Positions 21,349 to 32,297 of a DNA stretch of 64,000 bases are shown here, one piece after another (position 1 is the first letter of the stretch; each line of letters starts with the position of its first letter). The notes beneath the pieces are model-generated. The model saw only the letters and a list, made by a program, of their open reading frames with translations, was not told the origin of the DNA and searched no databases. The translations under genes were made by a program, and so were the position numbers. The stretch is from NCBI GenBank assembly GCA_918797485.1, contig CAKKNE010000003.1, positions 2,356,001-2,420,000 of the forward strand, written 5' to 3'. Origin of the DNA: Pelagomonas calceolata (Eukaryota).

Positions 21349-23012
21349 ATGAACCTCTTCGTCGCGACCCTCAACGTCGGCAACCGCCCCCTGGAGCCGG
21401 ATCAATTGAATAGATGGTTGCGGGAGGCGAAGCACTGCGACGTCTGTATTGTGTGTTTGCAAGAAGCCCACGTCGTGACCGAACGCCACTTAGAACGGGG
21501 CAAGAGCGTCGCGGCGCTCCTGGCGGCGGGCGCCCTCGCCTGGCCGACCTGGGGGGTGAGTTGTTGCCTGGCGATACCCTACGTGTGCCGGCAGCGGCGG
21601 AAGCGGGAAAAACGGCACGAGAAAGAAAAACAAGAAGCCCGAGCGTTGTCGAACCCTTCATTATCACCGCAGCAGAAGCGCGCGCGCGTGACGCTGGGCA
21701 GCAGTCGTCGGATCCGCGACTGCCTGCACCACCTGGGCTTCAGCGTGCGCAAGAAGCCGTCGCTCGCGTGGGGCCAGCTCCGGTGCTTTGCGCGGCGTCC
21801 TCACGTCGCGTCGATGGCGTAAAGATACACGACACAGGCTCCTCGTCTTCGCGAAGCGCGACGTCAGTGTAGTCTTAAAACGCCACAAGGTCGCGCGCGT
21901 CGGCGGCCTCGTCGTCAACAGGGACCTGGGCACCGGCGTCATGGGCAACAAGGGCGGTCTCGTGTCGACCTTCGTGGTCGAGAAGGAGGGCTTCGCCACG
22001 ACGTGCACGGCGATCAACGCGCACTTGTATGTAGCCGGCGTCCCTCGGTCTCGAACGCCCATCGCTCGCGTCCGGGCTGCGAGGATCGTAACGAGACACA
22101 GAGAGAAGCTACGCGCCGATGGCGTGGAGGTGGACGTACAAAGCCCTCCGTAGTCTCGATGGCGTCGAGAGATACACAACACACAGAGACAAGACAAAAA
22201 AAAAACGCAGGCCCGCCCACGAGGGCAAGTTCCACGAGCGCATGGACGCCCTCGAGGAGATCCTGAAGAAGGCCAAGGTGCTGAGGTCCGACATTGCCGT
22301 GTTGGCGGGCGACTTAAATTGGCGGCTCGACACGGACCACGTCTGGGACGGTAGTGTAGAACACTGCATTCGTGAAGGCGACTGGCGGAGTCTGCGAGAA
22401 GCGGATGAGTTGGTCCGGGCCCACGAGAAGCACGGCGTGCTGTCGGACTGGACGGTGCCGGTGTGTGAGTTCCCACCAACCTTCAAGCTCAAGCCGGGAG
22501 GTATCGAATATGATCCGAAGCGCCTGCCAGCCTGGTGCGACCGCGTGTTGTTCCGAGCGGACACTACTATCAGAACCGTAGTGCGCTCGCATAGATCCTT
22601 TCCGGTGGTGGATACTTCTGATCACAGACCTGTTGGTCTGGAATTAACAATCCAGGACCCGTCGAAGGTACCGGAAAGTCGAATCCGAAGCTTCGGCAAG
22701 AAAATAAGACGGAGCTTCGGGCGGGTCTTCGCGGCGATCCCCGAGGACCAGTCGCCCAAGAACCAGAGGCCGGGCCTCGAGACGTTCCGGTCGAAGTTCG
22801 GGGGCTCCATCTTCACGTCCATCGCGGGCCACGGCCACCCCGAGTTCTCCGACACCGACGACGACGAGAGCGAGGCCGGCGACGTCAGCGCGTCGAGCGA
22901 CGACGAGGAGTCTCAGGAGAGCGCGCGGTTCGTTGAGTCGCCCAAAAGCGACCTGCGGTCCCCCGAGAACGTCGTCGTCGAGGGGAAGGCGTGGCAAGAA
23001 CCCCCTTCATAA
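21349..23012 (+). CDS. Inositol polyphosphate 5-phosphatase (EEP family); introns 21783-21837 and 22027-22210
   Basis: TLNVG, CLQE, GNKGG, NAHL/PAHEG (formed by splicing), GDLNWR, PAWCDRVL, SDHRPV; both GT-AG introns restore the frame. Confidence 0.88.
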
Positions 23013-23031
23013 TTAGTTACAGTCGTAGGTC

Positions 23032-25244
23032 TTAGTCGAAGTCGTCGCCGTCATCATCATCACCCTTGTGGGACTGCGTGTCCGGGCCGTCGTCAGCGAA
23101 CGGCGCTTCGGCCGGCGCGGCGCCCCCGGCGAACGGCTCCTGGCCCTCGAGCGCGTCCTCCCAGTCCTGCGCGGAGAACGACTGGTGACGGCGTCGCGTC
23201 GACGGCGTGCGAGACGCGGGCCGCCGCACCGGGTTGTCGACCTTGGACTCCGCAATGGCCCCGAGCAAGAAGGCGTCGAACTCGGCCTCGTGGCGGCCGG
23301 CTGCGCGGGAACGAACGCTCGTCGATGGCGTGGGGCGCGACGCCGTCGCCGCGCATGTTAAAAAGAAGGACGCAGGCACGGACCGCAGACGGCGCGCAAC
23401 CTGTTCAAACACCCCAGGCCCTCTCTGACATAGGCGTCGCTCACCTCCGCGTCGCGAGCCAACGCGAGGATCACCGCGCGCAGGTCCTCCCTCAAAACAC
23501 TACGCCTCGCATCGTCGTCGGCCACCGCCCAGTGCGCGTCGAAATCTTGTAAAGCGTGGCGCTTCCGTAATGTCACCTCCGCTCGTTGTACTGGAGGCGC
23601 CGGCACCTCTTCGACGTTCATCTCGATGTCGTCGGCTTGGTTCAATGAAGGCTGCGTGGGCCCCGGTTGCTCTCGGCTCGACTTCTCGGATTTCTCGCGC
23701 CAGGCCTTCAGCGTATGACGCCAATGCTCGTCGGCCTCGTCGGCCACCGGCGCCTTCAATCTCTCAAACCGAGCCTTCTTCCTCGCCTGGAAGGCCTCAT
23801 CATCACCCTCTACGGCTCTCACACAAGCTAAATCTTGTAAGTTCAACACTACTGGATCGTCGCACCGTCTTATCTTAGAAACGTCCTTCGTACTCAACGT
23901 GTGGGCGTCGCACCACCGATCAACTGCAGATTGGAGGTCTTCTGGGATGTCCGCTTGCCTAATGCGAGGCGTCGGCTTCACGTCGTCTTGATAAGGTAGA
24001 GGAGTGAGTACTAACGCAGACGCTTCGAGCGCCGGTTGGAGACACGCCAGGCGCCAATTTGCACTTTTTTTAGTAAGCTTGAACGATATAACAGCGACCT
24101 GCTTCTGGTCCCTCAAACTTCTCGCAAAGGCCGCCAGTAGCACCTTATTTCTCTCACCAGTAGCCCTCAGCAACTGAGCTCGATTTCCCGACGCGCCGCC
24201 CGCATCACCACAGGACCAAGGCGAGCCTAACGCTTCGTCGTAGCACCCGAGCACGACGGCGCCGTACTCGTCGTCGTCCTCATTCGCGTGTTTCAAAACG
24301 TCGGGCGGGCACTGGACGTACTCGCCGCCGTAGTAGTAGGCTTTTACTAATTCATCCGCATCAAAGGGGTCCGCGTCATCTTTATCCGTTCGGACATATT
24401 CCCTCGTGGTTGCTATGGTATTTCCCGCCTCCCTTGTTTGTTGTTTCAATGCTAGTTGTTTCGACTCCTCTGCTAATGGTTGTGAAGTGACATAACACGT
24501 CAATCCGGGCGCTAATTTGAGTTCCATCGGTTTTTGTATACGAACCTTGCACGCCTCCAATCGCCCGCACGCCTCCTGCGTGAGTAGTGCTATATCATCA
24601 GCACTACCTTTAACAAAGAAGCCCGACACGGGGCCCTTCTTCGTCGCCACCCCACAAGCCTTCTTGAGGAGCTTGGCGCCCTCCAACGCCTCTGGAGTTT
24701 TTTCTTGATCCGTCTCGACGATGACCACACATAGCCCAAAAGAAACTTGCGACACGAGCCGCTCGACCATGCCCTTGAAGTCGTCCTTCGCCCGTGCTGC
24801 GTCCTCGTCAGTCGTCCACAGCGCACAGGAAGAATCGTCTGTTATGAGCACCACCCGCTTATTTACCTTTTTCGTACCAATTCGTTTCTGGGCCTCGGCG
24901 ACCATGGCCCCGACGCAATCGACAATGCCAGCGCAATCGTCATCATGCATGGGCCATTCTTCAGAAGATACGGTTTTGATAATCCCGGGCGCCCCGGTTT
25001 TTTCCATCCTCAATAGCTTGACGACATTTAATCCAAGTTCGTTATCGTCGGTATGTAAGTCGTTGTCCGATTCCTTGCAATTAAAGGCGTAGACCGACGC
25101 CTCCGTCGTCTTCGCCGGGGCGTTCGCGCGGCCGAACAGCATGTACTGCGCGACTTCACATGCGCAGCGCTTGACCGTCGCACCGGCGGGGCCTCGTGTG
25201 GCTCGCGCGTCGACGCCTAGACAGTAGGCGCGCTTGTCGGCCAT
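23032..25244 (-). CDS. KU80: Ku80 (NHEJ DNA end-binding) homolog; intron 23301-23383 and probable in-frame intron 23167-23229
   Basis: vWA-like N-terminus (VVLITD), core KAYYYGGEYV, LPYQDDVK, C-terminal CLxRLRAVC…EFDAFL helical domain. Confidence 0.75.
23301..23383 (-). mobile_element. Decayed introner, GT-AG intron, 83 nt
   Basis: GT donor 8 nt before CTGCG; ends CGCGCAG; core ACGCCATCGACG; removal bypasses an in-frame stop. Confidence 0.75.
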
Positions 25245-25777
25245 CTTATTTGTTTTTGGTGCTGTGCACTGTGGGCGCTCGTTTGGGCGCGCTGCCTCAG
25301 CGTCGCACGTGAGACTTGGCTACACTCGAGAATACGATGGGCGTCACTGCTCCCAGTAATCTGACTGTCAGTGGTTCGCGTAGCACGTCGTTTAGGCCCG
25401 CGGAGCAGGATCTCGGAGGATGGTCTGCTTGCTAGTATCTTTCAGGCCGCTAGTGCGCAAAAATTGTTGACCTATACGTTGAGCTATCTGCGCGTGTCGG
25501 TGTTTTCGATCGCGCGTGTGGCCGTTCTGAGCCGACGTCGTATGAGTTCCGGTGCGCTACCGGGCCCAAGCCTCCTGCGCGCGATTCCTGGCGCGCTTCG
25601 TCGTAGGGGGCTAGGGTAAGCGCCTGCACCGTGTCTGCGCCTGGCGAAAGCGCTCCGGGTCCGTGCTACTAGGGCTAGCAATACAAGTCCTCTCGCCACA
25701 CGCCTCCACCGAATGCCACGCCTCGAACGGCAAGGGGCACGCCGTCGCCGCGACGAAGAACTCACACAAAAAAGAAC

Positions 25778-26446
25778 TTACGATTCAGACACTTCATGCT
25801 CCCAGCTCGTCGGCGACAGCGCGGCCCGGCCGGAAGCCGCGTAGGCGCGCTCGAGCCGCTCGAGCAACTCGAGCAGCGACCCGAAGGGGTCAATCACGGG
25901 CCGCAGGGCCTTGGCCAACCGGATGGCCGTGTCGGCGTTATACCGCCCTTCGCGCATCATGAAGCTGACGCCCGTCGTCCCCGCCCGGTGCGCGCCCGCG
26001 AGGCAATGTATCAAAACGTTCCTGCCTTCATCTAGATTTGCGGCGATCCAGGCGTGGCAGCCCTCCTCGAAGAATCGGAGGATGTCCTCGTCTGTGTTCA
26101 CTTCTGTCCGCCATCGACTCACCGGGAAACGTCGGTACTGGAACCGGGCATCACCCTCAAAGAAGTTGCACGACGTCAGTTCCTGGCAGTTTACTATTCG
26201 ATAAATGCTCTCGGCTTCTAGTAATTGCACGTTTCTCGCTGCTGTTTGATTCCCCACGAATAACTTCGCATTTGTGGAAGGATGCTGATAGATACAATCG
26301 AGGTGGTTGAACGCCGTCCGGCTTTGTAATGACACGTTCACGCGTTCCAGTAGTTGACGCGCCTCGGCGTCCCAGTCCTCGTCGCGGGCGCGGGGGCTCG
26401 GAGCCGTTCTGATATGGAGGTCGCGGCGCTGGAAGTTGGCCATCAT
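25778..26446 (-). CDS. Dual-specificity protein phosphatase
   Basis: LFVGN, VLIHCLAGAHRAG (HCX5R), RPVIDP. Confidence 0.88.
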   Translation of the reverse strand: MMANFQRRDLHIRTAPSPRARDEDWDAEARQLLERVNVSLQSRTAFNHLDCIYQHPSTNAKLFVGNQTAARNVQLLEAESIYRIVNCQELTSCNFFEGDARFQYRRFPVSRWRTEVNTDEDILRFFEEGCHAWIAANLDEGRNVLIHCLAGAHRAGTTGVSFMMREGRYNADTAIRLAKALRPVIDPFGSLLELLERLERAYAASGRAALSPTSWEHEVSES

Positions 26447-27084
26447 CGCGTTTTCGTTACCAGGGCCGCGGCGGCGGCGTTCGAAGCAGTGGCCTCTTTT
26501 GGTTGGTGCGCTGCGCAGCCCCCGCCGAGTTCTTATGACGGTGGGACCGGGGCAGCAACGGCTTCGTTCGTAGTAACTCGTTGCGTGTGTCCGACGGCGG
26601 AACGCGCGTTGCGTGGGTCCGCTGCGTCTGTTCCGCTGCAAAAAAGCGCTCCGAGCCGCTGTGTGACGAGAGCGTGTTCCGCGGGTGCGGTTTGAGGTAT
26701 GCCTCCATCGGGACCCGTATCAGCTTTCCTTCGGAATGGAATGCAGGCATCAAACAAAGGGACGGTGCGGGGTCGTCTGACAGTCTGCTGACCAGGCATA
26801 GCTCTCACATAGTTCACTGTGCGATCTCCGCGTCTCGCAATTCTCACTCGCCGCGCGCGCGTGCACAGCGCCATTCCTTCAATCCTTGCAGCACGCTGCG
26901 AAATCGGGTGCAAAATCGCTGCTCCGCGGCGAGCAGGCAGCCTTTGCGTCGCCCAGCGATGCAATCGGCTGTGCCGACGCGCGCTTGCACCGCCAAGCCG
27001 CGCGCGGCCGCTCACGGGGGCGCGTCGCATGCCCGCAGTCCCCCTGCAACGCGCGTGCACGAACGGCGCGCCGTCGCCCAAACC

Positions 27085-27262
27085 ACATCACCGCCGCGCC
27101 GCGCAACCCTCGTTGCACACGCACGACGCCGTGACACCAGTGAGGCGACGCCGTGACGCGCCACCACGCGTCACCGCCGCGCCGCGCGCAACCCTCGTCG
27201 CACACGCACGGCCGTGACACGCCAACACATCACCGCCGCCCCGCGCGCAACGCGCGTTGCAC
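27085..27262. repeat. Three imperfect tandem repeats (~65-85 bp) upstream of a plastid protein gene
   Basis: TCACCGCCGC(G/C)CCGCGC..AAC..CGT(T/C)GCAC...CCGTGAC recurring. Confidence 0.7.
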
Positions 27263-27295
27263 TCACAATATACCACGCACAGACAAAAAACAATC

Positions 27296-27679
27296 ATGAA
27301 CCGCCTCATCGCCGCCCTCGCCCTCGGCTCCGCCGCCGCCTTCGCCCCGGCCGCCCGCGCGCCCGCGTCCGTCGTCGTCTTCGGCGGCGCCGGCAAGTAC
27401 GAGGGCCAGATCTTCGGCTTCCCCGAGAAGAAGGACCTCTGGGAGAACTGGGACCCGAACTCGCCGCGCTCGGAGACGAACTTCAACCCGTTCGAGCGCA
27501 ACGCCGACGGCAACGCGTGCGACTGCTCGGGCTACTTCCCCGGCGAGGGCAAGTACTCCGACCCGGCGCGCCCCGACGTCGACTTCGCGGCCATGATGGC
27601 CGAGAAGACGGCCATGGCCGAGATCGAGGCCAACCCCAAGGCCGGCGACGTGCCGGGCGCGCCGGGCCGCCTCAACTAG
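27296..27679 (+). CDS. Small plastid-targeted protein, probably highly expressed
   Basis: Signal peptide ending SAAAFAP (ASAFAP-type motif); extreme GC3 codon bias; WDP..R...NFNPFERN..G..CD motif. Confidence 0.85.
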   Translation: MNRLIAALALGSAAAFAPAARAPASVVVFGGAGKYEGQIFGFPEKKDLWENWDPNSPRSETNFNPFERNADGNACDCSGYFPGEGKYSDPARPDVDFAAMMAEKTAMAEIEANPKAGDVPGAPGRLN

Positions 27680-28259
27680 ATTGGCGGTGTCCTTTGACGC
27701 TTCGACCGTTCATCTTTACGTTCCTGACGCATCGTGATCGACAAAGAACAAAGTTATCGTCCGTGTAGTTATTGCGCCGCCTAAAAGGGGTAGTGTGAGT
27801 TCTCGTCTCCTGTCGTGGGTGATGGGGTCGCGCGGCGATGGCGTGGGCGGTTCCGTTGCGTGTAGGAGTTGCCTTGTCGTGTCCGCCTCTAGAGTCTGCC
27901 GGCGAGGCCGCGTGAGAGGCGCGACTCTCGAACTCGCTTGGCGGTACTTGCAAGCTCCGGAGAGCAGTAGGCCGATGCACCAATCATAATCTCACGCCCC
28001 GACGGGTCCTAGACGCCGTACACGAATCCGATGAAACCCGAATATTTGGCTCAAAAAATATTGAGCAAAAAAATTGCGAATTAGAGCAAAAAAAGGACGT
28101 CTAGGCCATAGTGTGCCATCGATAACGGCTCCGCGTATCGCATCACTGTGCGTTAGAACGCGCTGCGCTGCAGCGCGCGCCAGAACGAAGCGTAAGGCAT
28201 CGATTAGGCCGCCAAGGCTACACCAAATTAATTCGCAGCGCAGCACGTCGTCGTCAAGC

Positions 28260-28953
28260 ATGGCGCCGTCGAAGAAACCGGAGAAGCCGCGCATGGTGAT
28301 ACGCCTGCTGATGATCGGCGACAGCAGCGTCGGCAAGACGAGCTTGGTCGTGCGCTACGACGAGGATAGCTTCAGCGCGACGCCGCGTCCGAACCTGCAC
28401 GCCATCGACGCGACGTGTCCGTGATTGCGTCTGCTTGACGACGACGGTCGCCGGCGCAGGTACCATGTTCATGACGACGATCGGAGTGGACTATCGAGAC
28501 AAGCTTGTAAAGATAGAAGGAAGGGATATCAAGCTGCAAATCTGGGACACCGCGGGCCAGGAGCGCTTCCGATCCCTCACGTCCAACTTCTTCGGCCGCG
28601 CGGATGGCTTTGCGGTCTGCTTCGACGTGGGCGCGCGCGCGTCGTTCAACCACGTGCGCCAGTGGCTCGACGACGTCGAGAAGAACAAAAAAGGGCCCGT
28701 TGAGTTGTGCCTAATCGGCTGCAAGTGCGACCTCGCCGCTGAAAAACGACAGGTGTCGAAGGCTGAGGCTGAAAAATTAGCGGGTGAAAAGGGCCTGCCC
28801 TACTTCGAGGCCTCGGCGAAGACGAACCAGAACGTGGCCGAGGCCTTCGAGGACCTCGCGGCACGGGTCCTTCGCAAAAAAGCTCCGTCTTCGGACGATG
28901 TGGTGCGCCTCGCGGACGAGGCTCCGACGCGTCGCTCGAGGTGTTGTAACTAG
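28260..28953 (+). CDS. Rab GTPase (Rab8/Rab1-like); intron 28375-28459
   Basis: GDSSVGKT, TIGVDY, WDTAGQERF, EASAK, C-terminal CC. Confidence 0.92.
28375..28459 (+). mobile_element. Decayed introner, GC-AG intron, 85 nt
   Basis: GC donor 8 nt before CCGCGTCCGAA; core ACGCCATCGACGCG; splicing yields SFSTMFMTTIG. Confidence 0.75.
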
Positions 28954-29924
28954 TTGCTGTGAATTACCTCATAACTAACCGAAGCGTCCTTCTCCGACAG
29001 GTCGAGCGCCTGCCGCACGACGATTGAAGCGGCCTCGGGGTCCCCGGGCGGCGTCGGACGCTGCGCCGCTAGATTTGCGACGGCGGCGCGAAATTCATCG
29101 TCCGGTAGGGCGGATACGACGGGCGCCGAGGGCCCCTCCCAGCCGTCGTCGTGCGCGAAGGCGTCGTATTCAGTAGAAGCCTCGACCGCGGCCGCCGGCC
29201 GGACCACGGTCGCTGCGACGTCGGCCTCGCCACATAAAGCGTCGAGGACGCCGCAGGCTATTGCAGTGGCGTCGTCGAGGCTCCAGGGCGCTCGGTCATT
29301 TACTGAAGGGAAGTCGAAGCCGCGCCGCTCACACAACGCTCGCAGCTCGGCCTCGAGGCGCGCGTCGGCCTCATTGCTGGATTGGCCAATAGCTTTGGCG
29401 CGCCACCGTCGCGGCGACGCCGCCGCGTCCACGAGCCAGATGCTACTCGCATCGTCGACACCTATCAACAGGAACGCCGCCCCGAGCGGCCGCGCCGGCC
29501 GCTCGTCGTCGTCGTCGTCCGCACCGCTCAGCAGGGCATCTAAGCCCGCATGCTTTGAACATTCATCAGCTAAAGCATCGGCCAGGCCCGACAGCGTCAG
29601 CCGGTCGCCGAACTCGAGCCAGTGCGCCACGGCCGCGTTCCGCAGCGCCTTCACGCCGCTCCGGCAGTCGCCGTCTAGGCCCGAGACTCCTACAATAGCG
29701 TGCGGCGCGACTTTGTGGATCTTTTCCGTCGCCGCGCCTTTATCTAAGGAAGCCCACGACGGACCTTTTGCTTCGCTCGACGCCGCACATATGATACAAC
29801 CGTCGCGGGCCTCGACGCCGATCACGAGGCCGCCGCGCGCGGCTGCTTTGAGGGCGTACGTCGTCTGCTGGAGGCGCTTCGGCGCGTCGCCCGTTACCAA
29901 CGCGAGCAGAAGTAGTAACCTCAT
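28950..29924 (-). CDS. Divergent proteasome alpha-type subunit with N-terminal signal-like peptide
   Basis: RLQQTTYALKA..GGLVIG, EKIHKV, GVSGLDGD, RPLGAAFLLIG, AKAIG. Confidence 0.75.
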   Translation of the reverse strand: MRLLLLLALVTGDAPKRLQQTTYALKAAARGGLVIGVEARDGCIICAASSEAKGPSWASLDKGAATEKIHKVAPHAIVGVSGLDGDCRSGVKALRNAAVAHWLEFGDRLTLSGLADALADECSKHAGLDALLSGADDDDDERPARPLGAAFLLIGVDDASSIWLVDAAASPRRWRAKAIGQSSNEADARLEAELRALCERRGFDFPSVNDRAPWSLDDATAIACGVLDALCGEADVAATVVRPAAAVEASTEYDAFAHDDGWEGPSAPVVSALPDDEFRAAVANLAAQRPTPPGDPEAASIVVRQALDLSEKDASVSYEVIHSN

Positions 29925-30104
29925 CTATTTCTTCTTCGGCGCGTCTCTTACGGCTTTCTTCGGCGCCCGCGCGGGCGCCTTGCTCGTGGCGTACGTCTGG
30001 CGCGACTTCTTCGGTCGCTTCTCGACGACTAAGGAACGCTTCTGGACGTTTTTCTTGTGGGTCGCGAAGTTGCCGATGCGCGCTACTTTCGCCGAGCGCC
30101 CCAT
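29925..30104 (-). CDS. Small basic protein, 59 aa (MGRSAK...)
   Basis: ATG at 30104, Lys/Arg-rich, TAG at 29925-29927; below the ORF-track length cutoff. Confidence 0.55.
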   Translation of the reverse strand: MGRSAKVARIGNFATHKKNVQKRSLVVEKRPKKSRQTYATSKAPARAPKKAVRDAPKKK

Positions 30105-30619
30105 GTGTGTGCGCGCGGCGTCGGCGCTGCGGTAACTGCTGGGTGCCGCTCTTCCGCTGGGTGCGCGGCGCTACGTCTGCGCGGCGTCTGCTGGAGCGAT
30201 GCAGCAGCGGCAGTGGTCGGCTGGTGTGCTCTGCTGAGTGGCGCGACGCTGCGGCTGCGTATGCCACCGACGACACGAGTCCAAGCAGTCCCTGAACGTG
30301 GCCCTGGCACTACCAATGCGGTGACTGCGGCCTTTTTTTGAGGCGCAGGTGAGCTAGTGTATCGACACACTAGTTTTTCTTTTGTCCGGTTTGATACGTC
30401 GAGCACGCCAACACGTACTGTTTTTGTACGATTGGGCAGCATCTCCATCCCATCCTGCCTCCAGCTGCATGCATGTCGCCGAGGCTCGGGTGCTTCGCTA
30501 GACGGGCAGCGTGGTCTGCGGCAGCTGCTTGAAGCAAGGGAGACAATTTGTTCCCGGGCCGGCGCCGTCATAGAAAACTATATTTATTTAGCATATGGGC
30601 AGGGAGAAAGCGCACCACG

Positions 30620-31093
30620 TCAGTTCACGAGCCTAGTCGCCTCGGCCGGCCTGCGGCGCCGGATGCAGCAGCAGACCGTCTCTTCCGGTTGGCGGCCCTC
30701 ACTCTCCACCGGGCTCTTCTCGAGTTCCACGGCGCGCACCTTGTTCAGGCCCGTCACCCACTCCTGAGCGTTCGCCGCCGTGTCGGCCCGCATCAGGTAG
30801 CCGGGATGCTGGCCGTCGGCCGACACGGGCACGATGCAGAAGAGGCCCGCGACGCCGCCGTCCACCAATTTGATCTCGCGCGTTTTTCTCAAATCTAACA
30901 TGTTGATCACTCTAGCTTGCGGCGACTCCGCGGGGCAGGCCTGGTAGCTGTAGAGCACGTGTCTGTTCACCTCGAGCCAGCGACGGACCCACTTGTCGTT
31001 CTGCTTGACCTTGCGGAGGACCCAGCCGGACGTCATCCTGGCGTCGCCTTCAGGCTCCACGTCGACTAGCGGCGACGAGGCGGCCGAGCGCAC
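30620..31093 (-). CDS. PH-domain protein, 3' exon (5' exon unresolved)
   Basis: SGWVLRK..KWVRRW, YLMRAD..AQEWVTGL; acceptor CCGCAG at 31094-31099. Confidence 0.75.
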   Translation of the reverse strand: MRSAASSPLVDVEPEGDARMTSGWVLRKVKQNDKWVRRWLEVNRHVLYSYQACPAESPQARVINMLDLRKTREIKLVDGGVAGLFCIVPVSADGQHPGYLMRADTAANAQEWVTGLNKVRAVELEKSPVESEGRQPEETVCCCIRRRRPAEATRLVN

Positions 31094-31583
31094 CTGCGGG
31101 GGACGACGGCGTGGGCGCGCGGCTCCGATGGCGTTTCCGCCGGGGCTGCGGTGCGTCGTCTCAGCAGGGCCAGCGGTACGGCGCGGCGCCCCATCGATCG
31201 GTCGGCCGATGACACAGTTCCCGTGTTTCGTATCGGCAGCGCCGCGTCGACGCGAAGGCACTTTGATACTTTTTTGCTGCGCCGGCGACGCGCCTGGAAA
31301 CTCCTGCGGTTCGCCTCCGTTGGGGCTGCGCGTTTCGGATGCCGCGCGGGCTAAAGCGAGCGGCCGCGCCGCCAGGCTTCGATGATGCGGGGCCCCGTGC
31401 GCCGCGCATCGCGGGCGATGAGACGTGTCAGAAAGACGCGTGGCAGTACCCTTCCGTGGGAGGACGTGTGAGACCGTCAGCTAGTGGCAGAGCCACTAGA
31501 TTAAGAACAGACTGCCGATGCAGTTGCGCGGCAAGCTGATAAGACTTTTTGTGCAGCCCCCCCAGGCCTCCAGAAACAAAACC

Positions 31584-31922
31584 ATGGCCGCCGTCGACCT
31601 CTTGATGTCCCTGAAGGGGAGTAGTGAAGCGGGCGCCGTGGAAGCGTTCAAATTGGGCCCAGCAGACCCTAACATACCGAGCGACGCCGCGTCGCTGTCC
31701 CTGGCGAAGTCCTACGGCGAGAAGTACCCGGCAGCACCCTCCTCGGTCCACCTGGAGTGGCTCGTCTTCTTCGAGCACGAGCTGATGCGCCAGGCGGCGC
31801 GCGCCGAGAACCTCAAAGAAAGGGACGACGCTTCCCGGAAGTTCGCGCAGCTCTATCACGTGCGGCGCGAGGCCGTGCGCCTGCTCGAGGCGGCCTACGT
31901 GCGCGAGGCGATCGCGGCGTGA
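31584..31922 (+). CDS. Hypothetical protein
   Basis: ATG in ACC-ATG-G context, GC3 bias. Confidence 0.55.
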   Translation: MAAVDLLMSLKGSSEAGAVEAFKLGPADPNIPSDAASLSLAKSYGEKYPAAPSSVHLEWLVFFEHELMRQAARAENLKERDDASRKFAQLYHVRREAVRLLEAAYVREAIAA

Positions 31923-32297
31923 CGCTTAACCTTGGTGGCGAGAAGGCGCGTCGCCGCGCCTTCTCGGAGGACACCCCCCTGAGCCAATTCGCTTCCCTAT
32001 CTTGTAACGTTCTTGTTAGCAAATCGTTTTCGTGGGGGTTTGGGAGCGGTTTGCGGCCGCGCGGTGCGCGGGTTTTATCGTGTTTTGTTCGTTTTTTGGC
32101 TGTCCCCCAGGCCGGCCTAGCTATTGTTTTTGTTGTGCGACAGCTGCAAAATTACCACGGGTCCACGGCAAGTCGCGCTCAGTCCATTCGACAGCTGCAT
32201 TGCGTCGGGAACGCATCCACACTTGGTCTACAGGGTAGATCACTGGTGCTGCCACTCGGCCATCAGCTGGGCATCGCTGGCCGTACGGCTCCTGGCG

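Noticed and set aside
28715..28735. Inactive Rab because G4 reads CKCD instead of NKxD
   Set aside because: A single substitution with all other motifs intact is not enough to claim loss of function
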